The position numbers and the translations under genes were made by a program. From contig JAVRCV020000006.1 in NCBI GenBank assembly GCA_034530615.2, positions 1 to 64,000 on the forward strand: DNA of 64,000 nt, written 5' to 3'. How positions within the stretch are numbered: position 1 is the stretch's first letter; each line of letters opens with the position of its first letter. The DNA comes from Aulosira sp. ZfuVER01. Lineage in GTDB: Bacteria > Cyanobacteriota > Cyanobacteriia > Cyanobacteriales > Nostocaceae. Of the stretch, positions 9,479-20,003 are shown in pieces. Below the pieces are notes generated by a model that was not told where the DNA came from, ran no database searches, and saw only the letters and a list, made by a program, of their open reading frames with translations.

Positions 9479-12112
9479 ATGACACTCCCTAATCCTGGTA
9501 GCGTCTTGGCTACGCTAACTGAACTTACTCAGGTTAATCGTACTCACGCCTTACTGCGTCGTGTTAAAGATCTTTCTGTTAATGAATTTGTCTGTTTACT
9601 AGATTTTATTACGGCTGAGTTTCAGCAATTTCTCAGAGCAATTGAGTTGATCAATAATGAAGCTCTAGAAACTATGCTGGAGAAAGTGCTAGAAGCAATC
9701 ACATTAAAAATTGGTCAAATTCTCCAAGCAGAACACACGGCAATTTTTTTAGTAGATTATGACAAAGGCCAGTTGTGGTCAAAAGTTCCTCAAGATAATA
9801 GTCAAAAATTCTTAGAAATTCGGACTCCAATTACAGTTGGCATTCCCGGTCATGTTGCTACTACTGGTCAATATTTAAATATATCTGAAACTGCTACTCA
9901 TCCTTTATTTAGCCCAGAACTAGAAAAACAAATGGGCTATAAAATTCGTAATCTTTTATGTATGCCAGTTGTTAGTAGTAAAAACCAGACTGTAGCAGTG
10001 GTACAACTGGCTAATAAAGCGGGGGATATTCCCTTTAATTATGATGATGAGGAAAGATTTCGAGATTTTGCCGCATCAATTGGCATTATCTTAGAAAGTT
10101 GCCAAACTTTCTATGTAGCAGCTCGCAATCAACGGGGAGCTACAGCGCTTTTACGGGCAACTCAAACTCTAGGGCAAAGTTTAGATTTAGAAGCAACTTT
10201 GCAAATAGTAATGGAGCAAGCCCGGATTTTAATGCAAGCAGACCGCAGCACCTTATTTCTACACCGTAAAGAAATGGGCGAACTCTGGACAAAGGTAGCA
10301 GCGGCGGCAGATGGCACAAAATCTATTGAAATCCGGATGCCATCTAATCGCGGAATCGTTGGTTATGTGGCTTCCACTGGTCAAGCTGTGAATATCCCTG
10401 ATGCTTATCGAGATCCCAGATTTGACCCATCTACAGATAGAAAAACTGGATATGTAACTCGCAATATTTTATGTTTGCCAGTATTTAATTCTGCTAATGA
10501 ATTAATTGGTGTAACTCAATTAATTAATAAGCAACAGGGTAGTTTTACTGCCTCTGATGAAGAATTTATGCGAGCTTTTAATATCCAAGCTGGAATTGCT
10601 TTAGAAAATGCTCGCCTGTTTGAAAATGTGCTGTTAGAAAAACAGTATCAAAAAGACATTTTGCAAAGTTTATCTGATGCTGTAATTTCTACAGATATGG
10701 CAGGTCGGATTGTCACCATTAATGATGCAGCGTTGGAATTACTTGGTTGTCCGATAGGAGATACTCATCACAAAAATAATAAGCATTTGTGGGAACAAAA
10801 TTTGCTTGGGCGCTTGGTTTGGGAAGTTGTGCCCATTGAAAATTTGCAAATGCGACTGGAAGATAGTTTAAAAACAGGGGCAAAACATTACGTTCCCGAG
10901 CAAAGTTTGACTGTGGGATTGTACCAAGTCCAAAGTTCTGAGTGTCGATTACACAGTGAAATCGATGCGGGACGAAACGGGAGTCACTCACCTGCACCTG
11001 GGGAACTGTTTTACACCCCTGGTTCCTTAATTTTGGCAGTGTGCGATCGCCAAAATCCAGATGTTTTTATTCCCTGGAATTTACCCCTAACTCCCCAATC
11101 TAAGTTTTTGAGTGCAAGTGAGGTGCAAAAAGTCGAACGCAGCACCAATCTCACTGTCAATCCTTTAACTAACCCCGAAGGTGGTGTCAGGGGTGGTTTG
11201 GTGGTGTTGGAAGACATCAGCCAGGAAAAACGCCTGAAAACTACTATGTACCGCTACCTCACACCCCATGTTGCCGAGCAAGTGATGGCTTTGGGGGAAG
11301 ATGCTTTAATGGTGGGAGAACGTAAGGATGTAACTATTTTATTTTCTGATATCCGTGGATATACTACCCTGACAGAAAATCTTGGTGCGGCTGAGGTGGT
11401 ATCGTTACTCAACCAATATTTTGAAACAATGGTAGAGGCAGTTTTTAACCATGAAGGCACACTAGATAAGTTTATTGGCGATGCTTTAATGGCGGTGTTT
11501 GGTGCGCCTTTACCCCTCACAGAAAATCATGCTTGGAGAGCCGTACAATCAGCATTAGATATGCGTCAACGATTGGCAGAGTTTAATCAGCGACGGATTA
11601 TTCAAGCACAGCCACAAATCCACATTGGCATTGGGATTAGTTCGGGAGAAGTGGTGTCTGGTAACATCGGTTCCCACAAACGCATGGATTACACCGTCAT
11701 TGGCGATGGTGTGAACTTAAGTTCCCGCTTGGAAGGAGTGACCAAAGAATATGGTTGTGACATTGTTTTAAGTGAATTTACATATCAACTCTGTAGCGAT
11801 CGCATTTGGACACGGCAGTTAGATAAAATTCGCGTTAAGGGTAAGTATCAAGCGGTAAATATCTACGAGTTAATTAGCGATCGCAATACTCCTCTAGATG
11901 ATGCCACCCAAGAATTTTTGTTCTATTATCAATCTGGAAGGATGGCTTATTTAGCAGGTAACTTCCAACGTGCGATCGCTTGCTTTGAATCTGCTAAACA
12001 TATTCGTCCTCAAGACCAAGCTGTTAATATCCACTTAGAACGCGCTCATAATTACCAAAAAACACCACCCCCTGATTCTTGGGATGGTGTGTGGACAATG
12101 ACCGCTAAGTAA
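9479..12112 (+). CDS. cyaB1: Class III adenylate cyclase, GAF-GAF-PAS-CHD-TPR
   Basis: Tandem GAF domains with NK..F...DE motifs; FSDIRG, DKFIGDA, TVIGDGVNLSSRLE; N-terminus MTLPNPGSVL. Confidence 0.92.
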   Translation: MTLPNPGSVLATLTELTQVNRTHALLRRVKDLSVNEFVCLLDFITAEFQQFLRAIELINNEALETMLEKVLEAITLKIGQILQAEHTAIFLVDYDKGQLWSKVPQDNSQKFLEIRTPITVGIPGHVATTGQYLNISETATHPLFSPELEKQMGYKIRNLLCMPVVSSKNQTVAVVQLANKAGDIPFNYDDEERFRDFAASIGIILESCQTFYVAARNQRGATALLRATQTLGQSLDLEATLQIVMEQARILMQADRSTLFLHRKEMGELWTKVAAAADGTKSIEIRMPSNRGIVGYVASTGQAVNIPDAYRDPRFDPSTDRKTGYVTRNILCLPVFNSANELIGVTQLINKQQGSFTASDEEFMRAFNIQAGIALENARLFENVLLEKQYQKDILQSLSDAVISTDMAGRIVTINDAALELLGCPIGDTHHKNNKHLWEQNLLGRLVWEVVPIENLQMRLEDSLKTGAKHYVPEQSLTVGLYQVQSSECRLHSEIDAGRNGSHSPAPGELFYTPGSLILAVCDRQNPDVFIPWNLPLTPQSKFLSASEVQKVERSTNLTVNPLTNPEGGVRGGLVVLEDISQEKRLKTTMYRYLTPHVAEQVMALGEDALMVGERKDVTILFSDIRGYTTLTENLGAAEVVSLLNQYFETMVEAVFNHEGTLDKFIGDALMAVFGAPLPLTENHAWRAVQSALDMRQRLAEFNQRRIIQAQPQIHIGIGISSGEVVSGNIGSHKRMDYTVIGDGVNLSSRLEGVTKEYGCDIVLSEFTYQLCSDRIWTRQLDKIRVKGKYQAVNIYELISDRNTPLDDATQEFLFYYQSGRMAYLAGNFQRAIACFESAKHIRPQDQAVNIHLERAHNYQKTPPPDSWDGVWTMTAK

Positions 12113-12204
12113 CAGAATTTCAAATAATATTGCTGCCCAACAGGCAAATTGATATCCTAATTTTTACTGACAGCTGACACAAGTCTAAACCAGTAGGTTT
12201 GCTT

Positions 12205-12507
12205 ATGCCTCAGATTCAACACATGGTTTTGTTTAAATTTAAACCTGAAGTTCCTGCAGAAAAGATTACAGGCTTTTTAAAACAGTTGCAGGAAATTTCT
12301 AAAACGCTTCCTGGTATTACCTACTTTGCAGGCGGCCCATACTCCAGTAGCGAAGGATTGAATCAGGGTTATACACATGGGTTCTTAATGACTTTCGAGA
12401 GTGCTGCTGCTCGCGATGCCTATTTACCCCATCCTCTTCATGAAGAAATCAAAGCCGAAATCTTACCATGCATCGATGGCTTAATAGCATTTGATATTGA
12501 AGCATAA
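12205..12507 (+). CDS. Dabb (stress-responsive A/B barrel) protein
   Basis: HMVLFKFK, GYTHGFLMTF, YLPHPLH. Confidence 0.9.
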   Translation: MPQIQHMVLFKFKPEVPAEKITGFLKQLQEISKTLPGITYFAGGPYSSSEGLNQGYTHGFLMTFESAAARDAYLPHPLHEEIKAEILPCIDGLIAFDIEA

Positions 12508-12577
12508 GCAATCATCATTCCCGACATACACCAGGACTGAAAATTTTTGGTCAAGAGTCAAGAGCCATTTAGTTATT

Positions 12578-12626
12578 TCTCCCTTGTCCTCCTTGTCCCC
12601 CTTGTCCCCGCTACTCCCTGCTCCCT
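12578..12626. repeat. 9-mer tandem repeat (CCTTGTCCC-like)
   Basis: cccttgtcctccttgtcccccttgtcccc; related arrays at about 17127, 40172 and 42390. Confidence 0.75.
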
Positions 12627-12895
12627 TAGCCTTCCGGTTGCTCCTCATTACCCTGGTCATCCTGAAACGGGTTTTCGCCAATTTTTAGTTGTTTTTTTGT
12701 GCGTTTTAAATTTTTCCACAGCTCTTTGATTTGTTCGTAAGCTTCTTCTGGCGGTAATTTACCTCCAGTTTCTAAGTTACATATATAACTTACTCTCTGG
12801 GCAAATTCCTGTAGATTCGCATTGAAAACTAAGTTTTCTGGCTTCACATGACCATAGTAGCGGCCACGAGGATAGAGAAAATCATCTTTAGTCAC
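12626..12895 (-). CDS. Conserved small cyanobacterial protein of unknown function
   Basis: FLYPRGRYYG..PENLVFNANLQEFAQRVSYICNLETGGKL motif. Confidence 0.85.
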   Translation of the reverse strand: MTKDDFLYPRGRYYGHVKPENLVFNANLQEFAQRVSYICNLETGGKLPPEEAYEQIKELWKNLKRTKKQLKIGENPFQDDQGNEEQPEG

Positions 12896-13079
12896 TGTTT
12901 TTTCTCCATTTATTCAACTCCCCCCCTGTATTTATATCTGAAGCTGAATTACTAGCCGCTCTACATCTCTGTTTTGTCCAGTTGGGAGTAATTGCAAAAT
13001 TAAACCCTTTTTGCTTAAAGCTTTGGGGCGAATTTGTCAATTTTAATTTTGGGCAGAGATTATCAAAGCTAAAAATCAT
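12888..13079 (-). CDS. Possible small protein overlapping the downstream gene start
   Basis: 63 aa ATG ORF with 8-bp overlap; no recognisable motif. Confidence 0.3.
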   Translation of the reverse strand: MIFSFDNLCPKLKLTNSPQSFKQKGFNFAITPNWTKQRCRAASNSASDINTGGELNKWRKNSD

Positions 13080-13327
13080 TAAATAGGAGGATTTACAAAG
13101 AAGGTTTTTAATTGACGTGGCAAAAGTAGGTTTTTATCTCCCATAGTTGCCAATTCATTACATCTTAGTGCATGATTGCACGAAATAACGAATACCCTGC
13201 ACTACGCTAAAAGCCTTATTATCTAGGTATTAATATATACTATATTGGCAAATCTCAATATTTTTATTTGCATAGATAAAATTAATTACATTGTCTAAAA
13301 ATACACCTCAACTAAAAATTTAGTCGC

Positions 13328-13435
13328 TATGGGAATCTGGTTTGATTTCTGAAAAAATCACCTGCGCCGCTATCTCCCTCCTTTTCTATTGTCTATCTCT
13401 ACAGAGTCAACTCACAAATCAAATAAGAGTGTTAT
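13328..13435. mobile_element. Degenerate MITE-like element
   Basis: Imperfect terminal inverted repeats ATGGGAATCTGGTTTGATTTCTGA / TCACAAATCAAATAAGAGTGTTAT (17/24 match by eye). Confidence 0.45.
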
Positions 13436-13683
13436 CTGCCTGTTGTGATTGACGGTGCTAATTTTAGATTTTTTGGTTTACGCCTCAACGCCACTCGTGG
13501 GTGACACAAATCCAAAATCCTTTCATCCTTGAACAGCTAACCCTAGTGGTGAGGATTAATCCAAAATCCAAAATCGATTGACTGTTGATTCATCAGCAAT
13601 GGCTAATTACTAATAACTAAAGATAAAATGGTTTAGCTTCAAGCGCCAAAATCTGCTTATCACCTGTAAATTTACTGCTTACC

Positions 13684-14421
13684 ATGTCTGTTTATTCCAA
13701 GTTATACGAAGGCAAAGCAAAAATCCTCTACACGACGGACGATCCTGAAGTCTTGTTGGCTGATTTTAAAGACGATGCCACTGCCTTTAATGCCCAAAAA
13801 CGTGGCAGTATCATCGGTAAGGGAAACATTAACTGTAGTATATCTAGTAAACTATTTCAGCAGTTAGAAGCACAAGGTATAAAAACTCATTTTATTGACA
13901 GCCCTGCCCCGCATCAAATGCGGGTGAAGGCAGTGAAGATTTTACCCTTAGAAGTCGTTGTGCGAAATATTGCAGCTGGTAGTCTGTGTGCGCAAACAGG
14001 GCTTTCATTGGGCACAATACTAAAACAGCCTTTGGTAGAGTTTTATTACAAAAACGATCCATTAGGCGATCCGTTATTAACACGCGATCGCCTCTACTTG
14101 CTGGAACTAGCTACTCCGGAACAAGTTGAGACAATTACCCATCTAGCATTGCAAATCAATGAGTTTCTGCGCAGCTTTTGGCTGCGTTGCGGTATTACCC
14201 TAGTAGACTTCAAACTAGAGTTTGGCTTGGACTCAACAGGGCAAGTGCTGCTAGCAGACGAAATTAGCCCTGACACCTGCCGTTTGTGGGACACAGCAGA
14301 AGAAGACGCTAACCGTCGAGTAATGGACAAAGACCGCTTTCGCAAAGACTTAGGAAATATAGAAAATGCCTACCAGGAGGTTTTACAAAGAGTTTTACAA
14401 GTAGTAGACAGCCCAAATTAA
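13684..14421 (+). CDS. purC: SAICAR synthetase
   Basis: LYEGKAK, FKDDATAFN, LVDFKLEFG, LADEISPDTCRLWD, DKDRFR. Confidence 0.98.
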   Translation: MSVYSKLYEGKAKILYTTDDPEVLLADFKDDATAFNAQKRGSIIGKGNINCSISSKLFQQLEAQGIKTHFIDSPAPHQMRVKAVKILPLEVVVRNIAAGSLCAQTGLSLGTILKQPLVEFYYKNDPLGDPLLTRDRLYLLELATPEQVETITHLALQINEFLRSFWLRCGITLVDFKLEFGLDSTGQVLLADEISPDTCRLWDTAEEDANRRVMDKDRFRKDLGNIENAYQEVLQRVLQVVDSPN

Positions 14422-14519
14422 ATCAAAACGGTAAAAATATCATTTTTGATTTTTACCTTTTACATGAGAGCATGATTGCCTTGTGATGGTGTGTGGACGA
14501 GAAGAGGAAGTGAAATAAA

Positions 14520-17084
14520 ATGCGTTTATCTCCCCTATTAGTGGCAGCGGTAGCAATTGCAGCGCCTTTAAGTACTCCGCTAAGTACAAAGGCGCAAACC
14601 ACTGACAATTTCCAAAAGACAGCGGAAGTGTTTCCACCGACGACAGATCGGCAAGCGGAAAACGATCTCGGTCAAGAACACTCTAGTGAGAAACAGGAAT
14701 CTTCCACCCAGTCCCCAGAGGCGGTACTGGAAGGTGTCCATTCTCCTACTGTGGTTGCAGCATTCCCAAATCCCTCAGTCGGGACTGCGACACCAGTAGT
14801 AATAGTGCCAACCACAACAACCCCAACGCCCCCTAGCCCTGGGGTGAGGGCACTCAAAGGTCTCCAGCCTCGTACTTTTGTTGCAGCATTCCCCAATCGC
14901 GCATCTGGCACTGTAAAGCCAACAACTATACAAGTAGAAAAACCCCCAAGTGCTGGTGTAAAGGCACTAGAAGGTCTCCAGCCACGGACAATCGCCGCAC
15001 TACCAAATCAATCAGCAGAGACTGGAACACCAGAGACAACAGCAAAAACTGCCCAAGTTCCCCAAGAAACGCCACAGCCTACTCTCCAACCAACCCCGCA
15101 ACAAAGAACTCCACAACCTGCGCCTCAACAATTACCATTTCCCAACAATCCGGCACCTGCTCCTGGTAATACTCCAGCCCCAGATAATACCAACCCACCT
15201 GTAGGAACCCCTGTATTTCCTGGCAATCAAGAAACCACTCCAGAATCGAATGAAGCCCGTGTATTGGTATCGGAAGTATCAGTGCGATCGCAATCTGGGC
15301 AACTAGCACCAGAACTGGAAAATCAAGTTTACTCAGCAATTCGTACCCAACCGGGAAGGACAACCACTCGTTCCCAACTCCAAGAAGATATTAACGCCAT
15401 CTTTGGTACAGGTTTCTTCACGAATGTCCAGGCAGTACCAGAAGATACGCCTTTAGGCGTCAGGGTGAGCTTTATTGTCCAGCCAAACCCAGTCCTCACC
15501 AAGGTACAAATCCAAGCAAATCCTGGTACAAATGTTACCTCCGTACTCCCGCAAAACACTGCCGATGAAGTTTTTCGCGATCAATATGGCAAGATCCTCA
15601 ACTTGCGTGACTTACAAGAAGGTATCAAGCAGTTAACCAAGCGGTATCAAGACAAAGGTTACGTATTAGCAAATGTCATTGGAGCGCCCCAAGTTTCAGA
15701 AAATGGAATTGTTACCTTACAGGTAGCAGAAGGGGTAGTAGAGAATGTTAGAGTCCGGTTCCGCAATAAAGAAGGCCAGGATACAGACGAGAAGGGACAA
15801 CCAATCCGGGGACGGACACAGCCATATATCGTCACGCGAGAATTGGAGTTGAAGCCAGGACAGGTATTCAACCGCAACACCGTGCAAAAAGACCTACAAA
15901 GGGTTTATGGGCTGGGAATCTTTGAAGATGTGAACGTCTCCCTTGACCCTGGTAGTGACCCCAGTAAAGTAGATGTAGTGGTGAATGTGGCTGAACGCAA
16001 TAGCGGTTCGATCGCTGCTGGTGCAGGGATTAGTTCTGCCAGCGGACTATTTGGCACTATCAGTTATCAGCAGCAAAACCTCAATGGTAGAAACCAACGC
16101 CTGGGAGCAGAATTACAGGTAGGTCAAAGGGAACTGCTGTTTGACCTGCGCTTTACAGATCCTTGGATTGACGGCGATCCATACCGCACTTCCTACACAA
16201 CTAATATTTTCCGTCGCCGTTCAATTTCGTTGATTTTTGATGGCAAAGATGAAAATATTGAGACCTTTGCACCTGGTGATACCGAAGGCGATCGCCCCCG
16301 TGTTGTCCGTTTAGGTGGTGGTGTCACTTTTACCCGTCCACTTTCGGCTAATCCCTACGCAATTTCCGAATGGACTGCTTCAGCAGGTTTCCAATACCAA
16401 CGAGTTTCCACCAAAGATGGTGATGGCAATAGCAGAACCCAAGGCACAATCTATAAGGATGGACAGCCAACAGAACTAATTCCCCTGACTCAATCTGGGA
16501 CAGGTGACGATGACTTGCTACTATTCCAACTAGGAGCGCAACGCGATCGCCGTAATAACCCCTTGCAACCCACCAGTGGTTCTTATCTACGTTTCGGGGT
16601 CGATCAGTCAGTTCCCATAGGACAAGGTAATATTTTCCTCACTCGGTTACGGGGTAGTTACAGCCAATATGTCCCCATCAGCTTAATTAGCCTCAGCAAA
16701 GGCCCGCAAACTCTGGCTTTTAACTTGCAAGGCGGCACAGTTTTAGGTGACTTGCCCCCTTATGAAGCCTTTACCCTAGGTGGTAGCAACTCCGTGCGGG
16801 GTTATGAAGAAGGTACATTAACCAGTTCCCGCAGTTACGTACAGGCTTCAGTTGAGTATCGGTTCCCCGTATTTTCCGTAGTGAGCGGGGCATTATTTTT
16901 TGATTTTGGTACTGATTTGGGAACCAGTACCAGAGCCGCAGAAATACTGAACAAAAATGGTACTGGCTATGGCTATGGTCTGGGTGTACGTGTGCAATCA
17001 CCATTGGGGCCAATTCGCATTGACTACGGTCTCAACGATGATGGTGATAGCCGAATCAATTTTGGGATTGGGGAAAGGTTTTAA
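14520..17084 (+). CDS. bamA: Omp85/BamA outer-membrane assembly factor
   Basis: Signal peptide, Pro-rich N-region, POTRA domains, SVRGY motif, C-terminal FGIGERF; upstream of lpxC. Confidence 0.95.
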   Translation: MRLSPLLVAAVAIAAPLSTPLSTKAQTTDNFQKTAEVFPPTTDRQAENDLGQEHSSEKQESSTQSPEAVLEGVHSPTVVAAFPNPSVGTATPVVIVPTTTTPTPPSPGVRALKGLQPRTFVAAFPNRASGTVKPTTIQVEKPPSAGVKALEGLQPRTIAALPNQSAETGTPETTAKTAQVPQETPQPTLQPTPQQRTPQPAPQQLPFPNNPAPAPGNTPAPDNTNPPVGTPVFPGNQETTPESNEARVLVSEVSVRSQSGQLAPELENQVYSAIRTQPGRTTTRSQLQEDINAIFGTGFFTNVQAVPEDTPLGVRVSFIVQPNPVLTKVQIQANPGTNVTSVLPQNTADEVFRDQYGKILNLRDLQEGIKQLTKRYQDKGYVLANVIGAPQVSENGIVTLQVAEGVVENVRVRFRNKEGQDTDEKGQPIRGRTQPYIVTRELELKPGQVFNRNTVQKDLQRVYGLGIFEDVNVSLDPGSDPSKVDVVVNVAERNSGSIAAGAGISSASGLFGTISYQQQNLNGRNQRLGAELQVGQRELLFDLRFTDPWIDGDPYRTSYTTNIFRRRSISLIFDGKDENIETFAPGDTEGDRPRVVRLGGGVTFTRPLSANPYAISEWTASAGFQYQRVSTKDGDGNSRTQGTIYKDGQPTELIPLTQSGTGDDDLLLFQLGAQRDRRNNPLQPTSGSYLRFGVDQSVPIGQGNIFLTRLRGSYSQYVPISLISLSKGPQTLAFNLQGGTVLGDLPPYEAFTLGGSNSVRGYEEGTLTSSRSYVQASVEYRFPVFSVVSGALFFDFGTDLGTSTRAAEILNKNGTGYGYGLGVRVQSPLGPIRIDYGLNDDGDSRINFGIGERF

Positions 17085-17086
17085 GT

Positions 17087-17212
17087 GGGGCATTGAGCAT
17101 TGGGCATTGGGCATTGATAATTTCCTCCTTGTCCCCCCTGTCCTCCTTGTCCTTTTTATCCCCCTGCACCCTGCCCCCCTGCCCTTCTCGACCCTTGACT
17201 CTTGACCCCTGA
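17087..17212. repeat. STRR-type tandem repeats (GGGCATT, 9-mers, TTGAC-containing heptamers)
   Basis: gggcattgagcattgggcattgggcatt... Confidence 0.8.
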
Positions 17213-17266
17213 CCAGGAATCATTAATATTTTCAGGTGCAGTTCGCAGGTTTTACTAAATCTGAAT

Positions 17267-18142
17267 ATGAACAATACCAACCGCAAACAACACACACTAG
17301 CTGCATCGATCGCTCAAACTGGAGTGGGGCTGCATAGCGGTGTGAGTACCCAGGTTCGGATATTACCAGCAGAGATGGGTAGCGGGCGCTACTTTGTGCG
17401 AGTAGATTTACCAAATTCGCCAATTATTCCCGCGCAAGTTGCAGCAGTTAGTCAAACTCTGCTGTCAACCCAATTGGGTAAAGGTGAGGCGAGTATGCGT
17501 ACCGTAGAGCATTTATTGGCAGCTCTTACGGGTATGGGTGTGGATAACGCCCGAATTGAAATTGATGGGCCAGAAGTACCACTACTAGATGGTTCGGCGC
17601 GGATATGGGCAGAAAGCATCACTCAAGTCGGGTTGCGATCGCAACCCGTAACTGACGGTGAAGTAACCCTGGCGATTAAAGAGCCAATTTGGATTTATGA
17701 GGGCGATGCTTTTGTTGCTGCTATTCCAGCACCAGAAACCCGTTTTAGCTACGGTATTGACTTCGATCTGCCTGCTATTGGTAATCAATGGCACAGTTGG
17801 TCACTAACTGCCGATAACGGAAATGCCTCTGCTAGCTTTGCTACAGAGATTGCTCCCGCCCGTACCTTTGGTTTGCTGCATCAAATCGAACATTTGCAGC
17901 AATCTGGCTTAATTAAGGGTGGTAGCTTGGAAAATGCTCTCGTCTGCGGCCCTGATGGTTGGTTAAATCCACCATTAAGATTTGCAAATGAGCCAGTACG
18001 TCATAAAATCTTGGATTTAGTAGGAGATTTGAGTTTACTAGGAAATCTTCCTCGTGCTCACTTCTTAGCGTACAAGGCCAGCCACAATTTACATATTCAA
18101 CTGGCACAAAGGATTTTAGATTTGAGAGCCACTGCGTTGTAG
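17267..18142 (+). CDS. lpxC: UDP-3-O-acyl-GlcNAc deacetylase
   Basis: [34 protein letters not shown]. Confidence 0.97.
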   Translation: MNNTNRKQHTLAASIAQTGVGLHSGVSTQVRILPAEMGSGRYFVRVDLPNSPIIPAQVAAVSQTLLSTQLGKGEASMRTVEHLLAALTGMGVDNARIEIDGPEVPLLDGSARIWAESITQVGLRSQPVTDGEVTLAIKEPIWIYEGDAFVAAIPAPETRFSYGIDFDLPAIGNQWHSWSLTADNGNASASFATEIAPARTFGLLHQIEHLQQSGLIKGGSLENALVCGPDGWLNPPLRFANEPVRHKILDLVGDLSLLGNLPRAHFLAYKASHNLHIQLAQRILDLRATAL

Positions 18143-18247
18143 CAAGTGGCGTGGCTTTAGATTTGTGAATCAATCCAAAATCTAAAATCTAGAATCTAAA
18201 ATTCTTTCGCTGACTTGATTCCAGATTCAAAAACAAGCGCACAGCCA

Positions 18248-18739
18248 ATGACAACCCTTACCGAAGCCAATACCATTGAAGCTCAAAACACACCGGAACC
18301 TAAAAAAACCTTAACCTCGGAAGAAATTCAAAATCTCTTGCCCCACCGCTACCCGTTTCTACTGGTAGACAAAATTATTGACTATGTTCCAGGGAAACTG
18401 GCGGTTGGCGTTAAAAATGTCACCATCAACGAACCCCAATTTCAAGGTCATTTCCCAGGAAGGCCACTGATGCCAGGAGTACTAATTGTTGAAGCAATGG
18501 CACAAGTCGGCGGCATAGTCCTGACGCAACTACCAGATTATGAAGCAGGTGGACTATTTGTGTTTGCTGGTATCGATAAAGTCCGCTTTCGTCGGCAAGT
18601 TGTTCCAGGAGATCAGCTGATCATGACGGTGGAACTGTTGTGGGTCAAACAACGTCGTTTCGGTAAAATGCAAGGTCGTGCTGAAGTTGACGGTCAGATA
18701 GCTGCTGAAGGCGAATTAATGTTTTCTTTAGTAAACTAA
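18248..18739 (+). CDS. fabZ: 3-hydroxyacyl-ACP dehydratase
   Basis: [26 protein letters not shown]. Confidence 0.97.
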   Translation: MTTLTEANTIEAQNTPEPKKTLTSEEIQNLLPHRYPFLLVDKIIDYVPGKLAVGVKNVTINEPQFQGHFPGRPLMPGVLIVEAMAQVGGIVLTQLPDYEAGGLFVFAGIDKVRFRRQVVPGDQLIMTVELLWVKQRRFGKMQGRAEVDGQIAAEGELMFSLVN

Positions 18740-18885
18740 AAACCACCTCTTGTTGTTAGGGCACAGCCGTGAAGTGCCTTTACTGAAACCTGAAAAAGGA
18801 TAACAGTAAAACTAACTAGCCACAAGAGTAATTTATAATTTCTTAATTTCGTCGCCCTCACACTTAACTTGCTTTGCCCGACACT

Positions 18886-18978
18886 TCGGTGACTGAATAT
18901 TTATACTTCAGTAACCGAATATTTCAACGTTCCGCAACGCCAGTCGCCTTAACGGGGACAACCCCGCACGGCGCAGGC
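18886..18978. repeat. Inverted repeat plus small dispersed repeat
   Basis: TTCGGTGACTGAA...TTCAGTAACCGAA, and ACGCCAGTCGCCTTAACGGGGACAACCCCGCACGGCG matching the 9412-9443 core. Confidence 0.55.
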
Positions 18979-19006
18979 TAGTTAAGACAGTTCTGGAGAT
19001 TCACCC

Positions 19007-19825
19007 TTGAAGACGCTTATTCACCCAACTGCTGTAATTCATCCTAAATCGGAACTCCACCCATCAGTGCAAGTCGGTGCCTATGCTGTGATTGGAGCGA
19101 ATGTTAAAGTCGGTCCTGAAACTATCATTGGCTCTCATGTAGTGCTAGAAGGACCTTGTGAAATTGGGGCGCGAAATCAAATTTTCCCTGGTGCAACTAT
19201 TGGCATGGAACCCCAGGATCTCAAATATGTGGGAGAACCTACCTGGGTCAAAATTGGTGACAATAATCAAATTCGCGAATATGTCACCATCAACCGCGCT
19301 ACTGGTGCAGGGGAAGCCACGGTCATTGGCAACGGTAATCTACTCATGGCTTATGTCCATGTAGCTCATAACTGCGTGATTGAAGACCATGTAATTATCC
19401 CCAACTCCGTAGCCCTAGCAGGTCATGTCCACATAGAATCACGAGCTAGACTAGGCGGGGTTTTGGGAGTTCATCAATTTGTGCATATTGGCCAGCACTC
19501 AATGGTAGGCGGTATGGCACGTATTGACCGGGATGTGCCGCCATATATGCTTGTGGAGGGCAATCCGGCGCGGGTGCGTACCCTCAACTTGGTAGGGCTA
19601 AAACGCTCTGGTATGGACGCCAATGAGTTACAACTACTCAAAAAAGCTTTTCGTATTCTCTATCGCTCTAACTTAACTTTTAAAGAGGCTTTGGAACAGC
19701 TAGAACTACTAGGTGATACCGAACAGCTACAACACCTGCGACGCTTCCTGTTACTTTCTAAGATGCCAGGAAGACGTGGTTTAATTCCTGGCAAGGGTAA
19801 ACCAAGCAGCAGTGATGAGTCGTAA
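19007..19825 (+). CDS. lpxA: UDP-GlcNAc O-acyltransferase
   Basis: IHPTAVI, PQDLKY, hexapeptide repeats, HVAHNC; TTG start. Confidence 0.97.
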   Translation: MKTLIHPTAVIHPKSELHPSVQVGAYAVIGANVKVGPETIIGSHVVLEGPCEIGARNQIFPGATIGMEPQDLKYVGEPTWVKIGDNNQIREYVTINRATGAGEATVIGNGNLLMAYVHVAHNCVIEDHVIIPNSVALAGHVHIESRARLGGVLGVHQFVHIGQHSMVGGMARIDRDVPPYMLVEGNPARVRTLNLVGLKRSGMDANELQLLKKAFRILYRSNLTFKEALEQLELLGDTEQLQHLRRFLLLSKMPGRRGLIPGKGKPSSSDES

Positions 19826-19928
19826 GTTAGTTAGTGAGTTTGAGTTGAGGCCTAAATCCCCAACTCAAACAGCAAAAAACACAAAATTACATAATTTCAC
19901 AAGTTGGTAACGCATTAAATTTAAAAAA

Positions 19929-19968
19929 CCTCTGCGTACCTCTGCGCTAACGCTGCGTCCCTTTGCGT
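19929..19968. repeat. CTCTGCG-type tandem repeat
   Basis: cctctgcgtacctctgcgctaacgctgcgtccctttgcgt. Confidence 0.6.
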
Positions 19969-20003
19969 TTAAAAACTGTCCTTTATTTCCCCTCAATTAC
20001 CAA

